64,000 nucleotides of DNA from Minisyncoccia bacterium (GCA_041550235.1 JBFEPE010000001.1:8003-72002); one strand, 5' to 3'; positions 9,601-20,080 are shown, numbered from the stretch's first letter. Program-made: numbers and translations. The notes: generated by a model not told the origin, from the sequence alone.

Positions 9601-10863
9601 ATGCTTCAATCAAAATTATTTGGAAAAACAAGGAGGGAATCTCCAAAAGATGAAGTCTCAAAAAATGCTCAATTATTAATTAGAGCCGGTTTTGTTGACA
9701 AAGCATCCGCCGGAGTATATTCATATTTGCCATTAGGATTAAGAGTGCTAAGAAAAATAGAGAAAATAATAAGAGAGGAAATAGAGGCAATAGGCGGACA
9801 AGAAGCATTATTTCCAATTCTTATGACAAAAGAACTTTGGGAAAAAACAGGCAGATATAATATTGATATATTATTTAAATTAAAAGATAGAAGCGACAAA
9901 GATTTTGTATTAGGGCCTAGTCACGAGGAAATAATCACAGAAGTAGCAGCAAAAAATATTCTAACCTATAAAGATTTACCACTTGCCGTATATCAAATTC
10001 AAGAAAAATTTCGTGATGAACCAAGACCAAAGGCAGGTCTTATGAGGACGAAGGAATTTATTATGAAAGATTTATATAGTTTTCATGAAAATGAGCAAGA
10101 TTTAGATTTATTTTATGAAAAAGCAAAAAAGGCATATCTAAAAATATTCAAAAGAGCAGGGCTAACCGCTTTTGCAGTTGAGGGCTCTGGAGGTGATTTT
10201 ACTGATGAAATTTCTCATGAATTTATGGTCAAAACAAAAGCAGGTGAGGACATTACCTTTCTTTGTGAATTATGTGGTTGGGCGAGAAATAAAGAGATAA
10301 TTGAAAATTCAAAAACATGCCCTAATTGTGGTGGAAAGTTAAAGCAAGAGAAAACTGTTGAAGGGGGAAATATTTTCAAATTAGGAGATAAATATAGTAA
10401 AGATTTGGGGGTGTATTTCGTTGGTAGAGATGGTCTGAAAAAATTGGCTATTATGGGATGTTATGGCATTGGAACTGGGCGACTTATGGGAACAATCGTT
10501 GAGGCGGTTGGAGATGAGAAGGGGATTATTTGGCCCGATTCAGTCGCTCCATTTTTTGCCCATCTTATCTATTTGCCAAGCGCTGATTCAAAGATGGATA
10601 AGAAGGTAAAATCAGCGGCTGATAAAATTTATCAATCAATATCAAAAATGGGGATAGAAGTTCTTTATGATGATAGAACGGAAATGAGCACAGGAGAGAA
10701 ATTTGCTGATAGTGATTTGATTGGTATTCCTTTTAGGATAATAATGAGCGAGAGAATGTTGGCGAAAAATCAGGTGGAAGTTAAGAGAAGGGGAGAAGAA
10801 AAATCAAGGTTTATTTCTATTAAAGAAATAGTTAAGTTTTTGCAGGATGAGTTGGGTAAATAA
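9601..10863 (+). CDS. proS: Prolyl-tRNA synthetase (short form with Cys4 zinc-ribbon insertion)
   Basis: Class II motifs (FRDEPRPKAGLMRTKEF, GCYGIGTGR). CELCG...CPNCGG insertion. C-terminal anticodon-binding domain. 420 aa. Confidence 0.85.
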   Translation: MLQSKLFGKTRRESPKDEVSKNAQLLIRAGFVDKASAGVYSYLPLGLRVLRKIEKIIREEIEAIGGQEALFPILMTKELWEKTGRYNIDILFKLKDRSDKDFVLGPSHEEIITEVAAKNILTYKDLPLAVYQIQEKFRDEPRPKAGLMRTKEFIMKDLYSFHENEQDLDLFYEKAKKAYLKIFKRAGLTAFAVEGSGGDFTDEISHEFMVKTKAGEDITFLCELCGWARNKEIIENSKTCPNCGGKLKQEKTVEGGNIFKLGDKYSKDLGVYFVGRDGLKKLAIMGCYGIGTGRLMGTIVEAVGDEKGIIWPDSVAPFFAHLIYLPSADSKMDKKVKSAADKIYQSISKMGIEVLYDDRTEMSTGEKFADSDLIGIPFRIIMSERMLAKNQVEVKRRGEEKSRFISIKEIVKFLQDELGK

Positions 10864-10885
10864 AGATCAATTTTTTGTAAAAAAA

Positions 10886-10945
10886 TATATCCCCCGATGA
10901 AATCTTGGGAGATATTTTTTGAGAAGCATGATGCTTCTTCTATTT
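10886..10945 (+). terminator. Tandem hairpin terminators after proS
   Basis: tatcccccgatgaaatcttgggagata + tttttt, then gaagcatgatgcttc + ttctattttt. Confidence 0.5.
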
Positions 10946-11773
10946 TTATTCTTTTTCGTCGTTTTCATCAGGAAGCAGAAAGGCAAACTTGTAGTCGGAA
11001 GGCCACTCATTGTCCGGGCTAGCCGAATTAGTAAACAAACTAAGGCCGTAACTACCGCGACCCAGGGAGAAGATGTGCGGATTGCCCTTGGAATCGGCAA
11101 TCGGATTAGTTTTAAACCGTAAGAACTTACCCATTATCCATTCATAATGCTTCTTTGATGAACCAAGAAGCAAGGCCAAATCATGAGGGCAATCTTTTAA
11201 CCCCATTTCCTCACTCACTCTCCATATATTTTGAGTCGTATCTTTTTCCATGTTTAACCGTCCTACTTCAATAATCACAAACCTTAGAATTTTACCTTTG
11301 AGAGTAGTTTGAAAATTTTTATGAGTAGCCATTTTCTTTGCCGGCTCTGAATAATTACCCCCATTTTTATTTATGCCCCTCAAGAGTTGCTTGGCATCTT
11401 TTCCATTAGCCTCTACTTCAGCGATTTCTACTTCATTTGGTGAAATTGATGAAATGAATATTCTAATTCCCATAGAAACCAATAATGGCAAAAGTCCGAC
11501 ATATTCCCGCAAAAGACGGCCATCTTTGCTGTTTTTAAAACTATATTTAAATATCTCACCACACCAAATTTCCGTTTCGGGTGTAATTTGATCCGGGGTG
11601 ATGGCTATTTTTTCAGGGAGGACATTGAAGTGGAGAGATAGATCAATCCTTGGATCCCTCTTTCTCATCGCATTATCAAATGCTTCCCTAATTTCCTCGC
11701 TACTTAATCCTTTGTGCTGATTAATTAATTTAGAAAAATATTTTTCTAAATCATTATGTCGTTGCGCCGTCAT
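10946..11773 (-). CDS. Hypothetical protein (275 aa)
   Basis: Long ORF. No family recognised. Confidence 0.5.
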   Translation of the reverse strand: MTAQRHNDLEKYFSKLINQHKGLSSEEIREAFDNAMRKRDPRIDLSLHFNVLPEKIAITPDQITPETEIWCGEIFKYSFKNSKDGRLLREYVGLLPLLVSMGIRIFISSISPNEVEIAEVEANGKDAKQLLRGINKNGGNYSEPAKKMATHKNFQTTLKGKILRFVIIEVGRLNMEKDTTQNIWRVSEEMGLKDCPHDLALLLGSSKKHYEWIMGKFLRFKTNPIADSKGNPHIFSLGRGSYGLSLFTNSASPDNEWPSDYKFAFLLPDENDEKE

Positions 11774-11849
11774 TTTAAAACCTCCTTTTAGTCATATATT
11801 TTTTTAAAATCTCTGCTTTCAGAATAATATATATTTATTGATTTGTCAA

Positions 11850-12140
11850 ATTGAGTAGCGGGGGAATTATTGTCAAATTTTTGATTGTGAATATAATTGA
11901 TGATATAGGAATGATGAGAGGGAGAGGCGACCCGCCTTCGTCCGCCTATGGCAGACTTCGGCGGGCGAGGGAAAACACCCCGCCTTCGCCAAGGCTTCGG
12001 CGGGCAATGCCCGTCTCGCCAAGAGGCGAGCCACCCCTCTATTAGTAGAGGGCAGAATGTTCGCCTAAAGAGGGCAGAATGTCCGCCTATGGCGGGGAAT
12101 AATATAATAATTATTTTAATCCTCTCCCCGCCGTAGGCGG
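11850..12140. repeat. Intergenic array of GC-rich hairpin repeats
   Basis: cgcctatggcagacttcggcggg, ccctctattagtagaggg, ccgcctatggcgggg and ctccccgccgtaggcggggagagg. The internal ORFs 11851..12045 and 11948..12136 are artefacts of the GC-rich repeats. Confidence 0.7.
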
Positions 12141-12184
12141 GGAGAGGATGGCGAGAAGTAGTATATTATTCTTAAATTACAAAG

Positions 12185-14068
12185 ATGAAATATTTGGAAT
12201 TAAGAAAAAAGTTTTTTGATTTTTTTGAAAGTAAGAAGCATAAGATAATTGCTTCGGCGAGTTTAATTCCCGAAAATGATATCTCCACCCTCTTTATTTC
12301 TGCTGGAATGCAACCACTTATTCCTTATATATCCGGCAAAGAACATCCACAAGGAGACAGATTGGTAAATATTCAAAAATGTATTAGAACAATAGATATT
12401 GATGAGGTGGGAGATGAAAGTCATCTAACATTTTTTGAGATGATGGGGAACTGGTCCCTTCAAAATTCATATTGGAAAAAAGAATCAATAGAAATGAGTT
12501 GGGAATTTTTGACGGGGGAGAAATGGCTGAATTTAGACAAGAAAAATTTCTCGGTTTCTGTTTTCAAGGGAAATTCAAATTCACTTTTTGATGAGGAAGC
12601 ATTTGATATTTGGAAAAAATTAGGAATTCCTGAGGAAAAAATTGAGAAATTAGGTGAAGATGATAATTGGTGGAAGGTAGGCGAGACAGGTCTTTGTGGT
12701 CCCGACACAGAAATTTTTTATAATGAAACAGAAGTTTGGAATAATGTATTTATGATGTTTAATAGGCGAGTAAGTGGAGAATTGGAAAAATTAGAAAATA
12801 GAGCAATTGATACTGGAATGGGATTGGAGAGGATATTTGCAGTTTTGAATGGCGAGGATGATATTTATAGAACAGAATTATTTTTGCCCATCATTAAAAA
12901 AATAGAGGAAATCTCAGGGGAAAAATATGAGGATAATAAGAGGGAGTTTAGAATTATTGCCGACCACATAAAGGCAAGTGTTTTTATATTGTCAGAAAAA
13001 ATAGAGCCATCAAATACTGAAAGAGGATATGTTTTGAGGCGATTGATTAGAAGGGCGATAAGATATGGAAATTTATTGGGAATAAGAGATGAGTTTTTGA
13101 AAAAAATATCTGACCCAGTTTTTGATATATATTCAGAAATATATCCTGAGTTGGAAGAAAATAAGGAATTTATTTTTGAACAATTAGAGGCAGAGGAAAA
13201 AAAGTTCGGCAAGACATTGATTAGAGGCTTGGAAAAACTTAGAGAAGATTTAAATAATTTCATATCAGGGAAGGACTTTTTTGACTTATATCAAACATAT
13301 GGTTTTCCAATAGAATTAGCCATAGAGGAATTAAAATTGAAAGAAAGGATAATGGATTCTTTGCCTAAAGTTCCAAAATTTGTTAAAGATTCAATAGAAA
13401 AACCAATTGAATTAAAAAGTAAATTAGATGAGGCAAGTAAAAATATTCAAAACGATTTAAAAATAATAGGCCAACAGGTTAATGATGTTGTTAAATATAT
13501 TCCATTTGAAAAAATTGAAAAAATAAAGAAGCAGTTTGAAGAAGAATTAAAAAAACATCAAGAATTATCAAGGACGGCAATCAAGGGAAAATTTAAAGGT
13601 GGTTTGGCTGATAATTCCGAGCAGGCAAAAAAATATCACACAACTGCCCATCTTCTTTTGGCTGCTCTTAAAAATATATTAGGCGATGATGTGGAGCAGA
13701 GGGGAGGCAATATAAATTCAGAGAGATTGAGATTTGATTTTTCTTATCCTCAAAAATTAACTGATGAGCAGAAAAAAGAAATTGAGGACTGGATAAATGA
13801 TAAGATATCAAAAAAATTAGAAGTAGAAAAAGAGGAAATGAGTTTGGAAGAGGCAAGAAATTCTGGAGCAACAGGAATCTTTGATGAGAAATATGGTGAC
13901 CCTGTTTCTGTTTATAGTATTTTAGAAAAAGAAACAGGTGAGACTTTCAGTCGGGAAATTTGTGGTGGTCCTCATATAGAAAATACAAGTGAATTAGGTA
14001 GATTTAAAATAATAAAGGAGGAGTCCGCCTCCTCCGGAATAAGACGAATCAAGGCAGTGTTGGGATAA
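12185..14068 (+). CDS. alaS: Alanyl-tRNA synthetase, short form (catalytic, tRNA-recognition and editing domains only)
   Basis: N-terminal MKYLELRKKFFDFFESKKHKII...FEMMGNWS. Editing HxxxH (HTTAHLLLAAL) and CGGPH. 627 aa, versus about 870 for typical AlaRS. Confidence 0.85.
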   Translation: MKYLELRKKFFDFFESKKHKIIASASLIPENDISTLFISAGMQPLIPYISGKEHPQGDRLVNIQKCIRTIDIDEVGDESHLTFFEMMGNWSLQNSYWKKESIEMSWEFLTGEKWLNLDKKNFSVSVFKGNSNSLFDEEAFDIWKKLGIPEEKIEKLGEDDNWWKVGETGLCGPDTEIFYNETEVWNNVFMMFNRRVSGELEKLENRAIDTGMGLERIFAVLNGEDDIYRTELFLPIIKKIEEISGEKYEDNKREFRIIADHIKASVFILSEKIEPSNTERGYVLRRLIRRAIRYGNLLGIRDEFLKKISDPVFDIYSEIYPELEENKEFIFEQLEAEEKKFGKTLIRGLEKLREDLNNFISGKDFFDLYQTYGFPIELAIEELKLKERIMDSLPKVPKFVKDSIEKPIELKSKLDEASKNIQNDLKIIGQQVNDVVKYIPFEKIEKIKKQFEEELKKHQELSRTAIKGKFKGGLADNSEQAKKYHTTAHLLLAALKNILGDDVEQRGGNINSERLRFDFSYPQKLTDEQKKEIEDWINDKISKKLEVEKEEMSLEEARNSGATGIFDEKYGDPVSVYSILEKETGETFSREICGGPHIENTSELGRFKIIKEESASSGIRRIKAVLG

Positions 14069-14096
14069 TTTTTATATGGTATAATAATGATGTAAT

Positions 14097-14576
14097 ATGA
14101 GTAAGAAACAAATCTATATATTTATCTTTGCAATAGCAATAGTCGTATTAGCGATGATATTTTTAGTTCCTTCTGGAAATGATGATTGGGTTTGTCAAGA
14201 TGGCGAAGTGCCATCAGGGGGAGCATGTATTATAGATGAAAATAATAATATGAAAGAATTGAAAATAGAGATAATAAGTGAAGGCGATGGCGATGCCATC
14301 TCTTCAGGTCAAACTGCGGTCGTTCATTATGAGGGGCGATTGGAAAATGGACAAAAATTTGATTCCAGTTTAGATAGGGGAGTTCCTTTTGAGTTCCTCC
14401 TCGGTTCAGGATTTGTTATTGCTGGTTGGGATCAAGGAGTTGTTGGAATGAAGATTGGAGAAAAGAGAAAGTTGACTATCCCATCTCATTTAGGATATGG
14501 AGAAAATGAGATTCCCGGAATGATTCCCGCAAACTCAACCCTTATTTTTGAAGTAGAATTGTTGGATATAAAATAG
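14097..14576 (+). CDS. FKBP-type peptidyl-prolyl cis-trans isomerase with N-terminal membrane anchor
   Basis: [17 protein letters not shown]...[30 protein letters not shown] is a canonical FKBP domain. Confidence 0.8.
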   Translation: MSKKQIYIFIFAIAIVVLAMIFLVPSGNDDWVCQDGEVPSGGACIIDENNNMKELKIEIISEGDGDAISSGQTAVVHYEGRLENGQKFDSSLDRGVPFEFLLGSGFVIAGWDQGVVGMKIGEKRKLTIPSHLGYGENEIPGMIPANSTLIFEVELLDIK

Positions 14577-14692
14577 GGTTTTGCTATTGACATTGTTTTT
14601 TAATTGTTTAGTATAATAAAGAAATGAATAAATATATAAAATATTATTATTTGAAATTGGAAAGCAGTTAAAAAACATTAGTTGTGTTTTTA

Positions 14693-14764
14693 CAACCGCT
14701 TTCTTATAGGCGGTTTTTTCTTTTCTGTCGGGGGGCAAAAATGATTTTTCATTTTTGCCCCCCG
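14693..14764 (+). terminator. Hairpin terminator followed by a perfect 38-bp GC-clamped palindrome
   Basis: caaccgctttcttataggcggtttttt, then ggggggcaaaaatgatttttcatttttgcccccc. Confidence 0.5.
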
Positions 14765-15345
14765 GAAGACAAGATGGATATTGGCAGGCGAGCGAGGAGC
14801 TTAAAAATTTGATATAAGGGTATAAAATTGTATTTTTAATTTTCTAAATTGTTATGCGGAATAATTTAGAAAAAAGATGAGATATCGATTCCAAGCATCA
14901 CTTTTGTTATTTTTTAGAGGGGCGATTTATTAATTCCCTCCCCCGCCGTAGGCGGGGGAGGGAATGGAGTTAGAAAATAATAAGAGTGATGTTTGGATAA
15001 TAATATTTCTCATCGGGGCAGATAATTAAGGGTGTGTGGTGGATGCCTTGACTTGTAAAGGCGAAGAAGGACGTGGCGTGGCTGCGATAAGCTTCGGGGA
15101 GTTGCTTAGCAAACTTTGATCCGGAGATTTCCGAATGGGGAAACCCATCTCGAATTTAAACTCGAGATATCCCATCTTATCTTAAAGATGGGGAGCTAAC
15201 CCGCTGAAGTGAAACATCTCAGTAAGCGGAGGAAAAGAAAAAAAGATGAATTATTTGTTCCACTTGTTTTAAATATTAGAACAAGTAGAACATCTAATTC
15301 ATTCATTCCCTAAGTAGCGGCGAGCGAAAGGGGAAGAGCCCAAAC

Positions 15346-15448
15346 CCAGCCCCAGTTTTTATCTAGTGACGAAATTTGTATTTGATTAATTTATTAAGAA
15401 AAAGATTATTTATTCAAATAAAAGTGGCTGGTTAAAAACTGGGGCTGG
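15346..15448 (+). mobile_element. 23S intervening sequence copy a (hairpin element with CCAGCCCCAGTTTT / AAAACTGGGGCTGG termini)
   Basis: About 103-nt AT-rich insert bounded by a perfect 14-nt terminal inverted repeat. About 95% identical to copy e at 17801-17901. Confidence 0.7.
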
Positions 15449-15765
15449 GGGTTGTAAGATTATAAAATCTCGTTTAATCGTGGTAGAGAAAAAATTAAGT
15501 TTATTAATAGAATTTGCTGGGAAGCAAAACCAAAGAAGGTGATAGTCCTGTATATGAAAATTTACTTATCTCTATGTTTATTTTCTTGAGTACTTCGGAA
15601 AAGGAAAAATCCGAAGGAATCTAGCTGAACTATCAGCTAAGGCTAAATACTTTACAAGATCGATAGCGAACCAGTACCGTGAGGGAAAGGTGAAAAGCAG
15701 GCCGGTGAGGCCAGTGAAATAGTACCTGAAACCACACATTTACAAGCAATCAGAGTCTGTCATAT

Positions 15766-15945
15766 CTGTTTGTTCTTTTTAAATTTAAAATCTTTTTGAT
15801 CTACTTGCAGAAGGTCTTGAGATGCATTTTAGTTAGCAGGGGGGAGGCATTTTTTGCCTGGTTAAGACCATATTTTCCCTAGACCCAAACGGGATACCCC
15901 CATTGCTTTATTTAATAGTGTCCTTTTTAAAAAAAGGACAAACAG
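15766..15945 (+). other. 23S expansion segment / IVS bounded by ctgtttgttc...ggacaaacag
   Basis: About 180-nt insert relative to consensus 23S domain I/II. Closed by a 10-bp inverted repeat. Confidence 0.5.
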
Positions 15946-16011
15946 ATGTGGCGGATAATGGTGTGCCTATTGAAGAATGAGCCAACGAGTGTATGGATAT
16001 TGCTGATTAAC

Positions 16012-16119
16012 CCAGCCCCAGTTTTATGATAGTTTTCTAAAGTGAATAAAATTTTGATTCGCTTTGGAACGAGCGACATGTGTGTTGCTGATAAAACTTA
16101 TTGGTAAAACTGGGGCTGG
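16012..16119 (+). mobile_element. 23S intervening sequence copy b (same terminal inverted repeats, different interior)
   Basis: cccagccccagtttt...aaaactggggctgggg. Confidence 0.7.
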
Positions 16120-16660
16120 GGAAGTCAAAGGGAAACCAAGTCTTAACAGGCGACAACAATTTTTTCTTTTGGTCTTATTGGCTAAAGGAAAAATTTGTAA
16201 GTAGTATTCATACGACCCGAAGCCAGAGCGAGCTTGCCATGGCCAGGGTGAACCTCATCGAAAGATGAGGGGAGGCCCGAACCGTTAGGTCGTGCAAATC
16301 CTTCGGATGAGCTGTGGTAAGAAGTGAAAAGCTAATCGAGCCTGGTAATAGCTGGTTCTCCTCGAAATAGTTTTAGGACTAGCGTCTATTTTATCCTATT
16401 GCAGGTAGAGCTACTGGTTGAGAAGAATAGGGGGCAACCTCGGCTTCTTAGTCAAACTCCGAATGGTGATAGGTTATGAATAGGCAGTTAGACTGTGGGG
16501 GCTAAGCTCCATGGTCAAAAGGGCATGAACCCAGATCGCCATCTAAGGTCCCTAAATCTAGACTAAGTGTTGCAAAAGGTAGTGATCGACCGAAGACAGG
16601 TAGGATGTTAGCTTAGAGGTAGCTATCATTTAAAGAGTGTGTAACAACCCACTGCCATAT

Positions 16661-16762
16661 CCAGCCCCACTTTTTAACTTGAAATCTAAATTTTTCATTG
16701 GTTTATAATTGCAAAAAGTTTTAAATCGTGATTTATAGATTCTAGCTAAAAAGTGGGGCTGG
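16661..16762 (+). mobile_element. 23S intervening sequence copy c (variant termini CCAGCCCCACTTTTT / AAAAAGTGGGGCTGG)
   Basis: Inserted between gagtgtgtaacaacccactg and ggtcg of the conserved helix. Confidence 0.65.
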
Positions 16763-17377
16763 ATTGGTCGGTTGCATCGAAAATGTATCGGGGCTAAGTC
16801 TAGTACCGAAGTTGCGAATTTCCTCGCTTTTTAGTGGGGGAGTGGTAGAGGAGCATTCCATATGTGATGAAGCTGGACCCGAGAGGGCTGGTGGAGTATA
16901 TGGAAGAGAGAATGTTGGCATGAGTAACCGCAAGCAAGGTGAGAAACCTTGTCGCCGAAAACCCAAGGTTTCCGTGGCAATGTCAATCAGCCACGGGTTA
17001 GGCGGCCCTAAGGCGATGGCGAAAGCCGTAGTCGATGGACAGCTGGTTAATATTCCAGCTCTTCTAAGTAAATTCGATGGAGTGACGGGGGAAATAAGGT
17101 TGAGTGTCTTATTGGTTTGGCATTACTACCCCTAAGAAATGTTTTTTTGGTAAATCCGGAAAACTGCTTTTAATAGCGAATTTCGGGGGATGCAAAATTC
17201 CGCTTCGGCGGGAAATTTGACTGAATAGCCCTCCAAGAAAAGCTTCTAAGATATATTTATTTAGAATCCGTACTCTAAACCGACACAGGTGGGTAGGTAG
17301 AGAATACCAAGGCGAACGGGTGAGTCTTCCTTAAGGAACTCGGCAAAAAAGCGACCGTAAGTTCGCGATAAGGTCTT

Positions 17378-17683
17378 CCAGCCTCAGTTTTGTGTTATAA
17401 TTTATGATATGTGGGTTGTATATATCATACAAAATGATTTTTCAGAAGAAATCTATATCGGCATAACCAAGGATTTAAAAAGAAGAATCTCAACTCATAA
17501 TTCTAATGGCAAAAAATTTACCACTAGGAAAAATGGTAAATGGATTTTGATTTATGCTGAGGCATACAAGTCAAAAAAAGATGCTATTGTAAGAGAGATG
17601 AAATTGAAAAATCATGGAAGTGCAAAGCATAATTTAATTAAACGAATTAAAAATAGTTTAATTGAACACAAAACTGAGGCTGG
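17378..17683 (+). mobile_element. 23S intervening sequence copy d, carrying a GIY-YIG endonuclease ORF (termini CCAGCCTCAGTTTT / AAAACTGAGGCTGG)
   Basis: Same terminal inverted-repeat architecture as copies a-c and e, but 306 nt long with an internal ORF. Confidence 0.7.
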
Positions 17684-17756
17684 ACGCAGCGAAAGTATCC
17701 CTGGCGACTGTTTATCAAAAACACAGGTCCCTGCTAACTCGCAAGAGGATGTATAG
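17409..17756 (+). CDS. GIY-YIG family homing endonuclease-like ORF inside 23S IVS (C-terminal ~25 aa read through into rRNA exon)
   Basis: VYIIQN...YIGITKDLKRRISTHN matches GIY-(10)-YIG with conserved R and H/N. The ORF starts 18 nt inside the IVS. Confidence 0.6.
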   Translation: MWVVYIIQNDFSEEIYIGITKDLKRRISTHNSNGKKFTTRKNGKWILIYAEAYKSKKDAIVREMKLKNHGSAKHNLIKRIKNSLIEHKTEAGRSESIPGDCLSKTQVPANSQEDV

Positions 17757-17800
17757 GGGCTGATGCCTGACCGATGCGGGAAGGTTAAATCTGGCGGTCC

Positions 17801-17901
17801 CCAGCCCCAGTTTTTATCTAGTGACGAAAATTTGAATTTAATTAATTTATTAAAAAAGATTATTTATTCAAATAAAAGTGGCTGGTTAAAAACTGGGGCT
17901 G
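17801..17901 (+). mobile_element. 23S intervening sequence copy e (near-identical to copy a)
   Basis: ccagccccagtttttatctagtgacgaaaatttgaattta...aaaactggggctgg. Confidence 0.7.
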
Positions 17902-18379
17902 GGGGCTAACTGGATGAAGCCCCCGTCAATGTCGGCCGTAACTATAACGGTCCAAAGGTAGCGAAATTCCTTGTCGGGTAAATTCCGACGTGCATGAACG
18001 GCTTAACGACTGGGGAACTGTCTCAAGGAAGAGCCCGGTGAAAATGCAATTTCAGCGAAGATGCTGAGTACCCGCAGCAAGACGAAAAGACCCCGGGAGC
18101 TTTACTGTAGCTTGGTATTGGGCTTGAGAATGTAATGCGTAGCATAGGTGGGAGACTTTGAAGTTTCAATTTCGGTTGAGATGGAGTCGCCAGTGAAATA
18201 CCACTCTTTATATTTTTAAGTTCTAACCTTGATGGAAAAAACATTAGGGGACAGTGCCTGGTGGGCAGTTTTTCTGGGGCGGAATCCTCCCAAAGAGTAA
18301 CGGAGGAGTTTATTAAGGTCAGCTAGGTGCGGATGGAAATCGCACTGATAGTGTAAAGGCAAAAGCTGGCTTAACTGCG

Positions 18380-18480
18380 AGGCCTACAAGCCGAGCTCTA
18401 TTTCGTGTTTCGCATAAGAACTTTCAAGAAAATAATAATTCTACCCCCGCCCATACGGGCGGGGGTAGAATAGGCAAATT
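18380..18480 (+). repeat. 23S expansion containing a GC-hairpin repeat (ctacccccgcccatacgggcgggggtag)
   Basis: About 100-nt insert relative to consensus. It carries the same hairpin family seen in intergenic regions. Confidence 0.5.
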
Positions 18481-18596
18481 TAACTCTGGAATTTCTTGTG
18501 CGGAGCATGAGATAGACTTTCTAGATAATTATATTTAGATCGAGATACGAAAGTAGAACTTAGTGACCCGATGGTTCTCTGTAGAAAGGCCATCGA

Positions 18597-18628
<32 letters not shown>

Positions 18629-18766
18629 TTAGTTGCGCCCAAGAGTCCATATCGACGGCGCAGTTCGACACCTCGATGTCGGCTCATCTTATCCTGGAGG
18701 CGGAGAAGCTTCCAAGGGTTTGGCTGTTCGCCAATTAAAAAGATACGCGAGCTGGGTTCAGACCGT

Positions 18767-19122
18767 TGAGTAGTCAAGATAATTTTTGGTTTTTAGGGTG
18801 GATAGTGTGTTTCTTTCTCTTAAATTAATTAAAATTATTATTAAATTGACTTTTCAGCAGTCTGAATCCGAGGAATAAGACATCAATTTACGGCGGCATT
18901 TCGTAGTAATACGGAATGAAAAACCGACTCATATCGGTGGAATCCCAATGGGACAATACCGAGGGAAGTTGTGTATGTTAATATCATGGTGGTCATTTCG
19001 TCAAATAAAAGATAATGTTAAATGACATGCATTAACCCCGTAGAGACTATATGTCGGTCTCCTCTTTTGACAAAGAGGACGAAGATATAGTCCAATGCAC
19101 TTAGTAATAAGTGGGAAACATG
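18767..19122 (+). mobile_element. Group I intron in 23S rRNA (ORF-less, ~356 nt)
   Basis: Exon junction gaccgt|cgtaagacaggttgg reconstitutes conserved GAACGUCGUGAGACAGUUCGG. Intron follows a U and ends in G. R-like gtagagacta (19040-19049) and S-like aagatatagtcc (19082-19093). Confidence 0.6.
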
Positions 19123-19263
19123 CGTAAGACAGGTTGGTCTCTATCTGCTGTGGGCGTTGATACTTGAGGGAATTTGACCCTAGTACGAGAGGACCGGGTT
19201 GAACGAACCTCTGGTCTATCAGCTTTCCTACCAGGGGAATTGCTGAGTAGCTAAGTTCGGTTG

Positions 19264-19296
<33 letters not shown>

Positions 19297-19480
19297 CATC
19301 CCAAGATTAGGTATCCATTTCAATTTATTGGAAGTCATCCCCTCAGAGACGATGAGGTTGATAGGCTTTAGGTGTAAGGTCAGTAATGATTTTAGCCAAG
19401 AAGTACTAATCGGATGAGTTCTGCCTCGATGAGAGATATTATTTATTATTAATATCAATTTTTACCCTTATATTTTTAAG

Positions 19481-19739
19481 CATCCAGATCCGGTTTTGGT
19501 TCTTTTAAAAACCATTCAATAATGGGCAAAGGAGAGCGAGCGGGCAAATAAAACAATTTGGGCCTTTGAGGACGAAAGTGGCCAGAACCTTAAATTTATT
19601 TGAAACTCCCTGAGTAGCGGCGAGCGGAAAGGGAGAATAGCCATGGCAAGAATAAAATAAATAAAAAAGGGGAAAATAAATAGCCTCATGTCGCTCGCTC
19701 TCTGCCCACCCTTTTAAGAATCAAAACCGGATCTGGATT
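19481..19739. repeat. Nested inverted-repeat element in the 23S-5S spacer carrying a 23S-like fragment
   Basis: Outer inverted repeat catccagatccggttttg / caaaaccggatctggatt. Inner inverted repeat ggagagcgagcgggca / tgtcgctcgctctctgcc. Internal ctccctgagtagcggcgagcggaaaggga resembles the 23S segment at about 15304-15330. Confidence 0.6.
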
Positions 19740-19753
19740 ATAATGTTAAAATT

Positions 19754-20080
19754 ATGAAAACAATAAAGTTTGAGAAATCTCTTGTTCCTTTGGTATTATC
19801 AGGGGAGAAATATTCTACATGGAGAATGTTTGATGATAAGGATTTATCAGTTGGTGATGAGTTGTCGCTTGTGAATAAAGAAACAGGAGAAGAATTTGGA
19901 AAAGCGAAAATAAAGAATATAATAATAAAGAAATTTAAAGATATAGATGAGAATGATTTTAAGGGACATGAGAAATTTTCAAGTTTAGAAAATATGGAGA
20001 ATAAGTATAGAGAATATTATGGCGATAAGTTTTCTATCAACGAAGATGTAAAGATGATTGAGTTTGATTTATTAAGATGA
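19754..20080 (+). CDS. ASCH-domain protein (108 aa) located between 23S and 5S rRNA
   Basis: MKTIKFEKSLVPLVLSGEKYSTWRMFDD...GDEL matches the ASCH/PUA-like beta-barrel signature. Followed by GC hairpin caccaccgcccattcgggcggtggt. Confidence 0.55.
   Translation: MKTIKFEKSLVPLVLSGEKYSTWRMFDDKDLSVGDELSLVNKETGEEFGKAKIKNIIIKKFKDIDENDFKGHEKFSSLENMENKYREYYGDKFSINEDVKMIEFDLLR

Noticed and set aside
11851-12136. ORFs 11851..12045 and 11948..12136 (+)
   Set aside because: They lie entirely within the GC-hairpin repeat array. Their Arg/Pro/Gly-rich 'proteins' are repeat artefacts.
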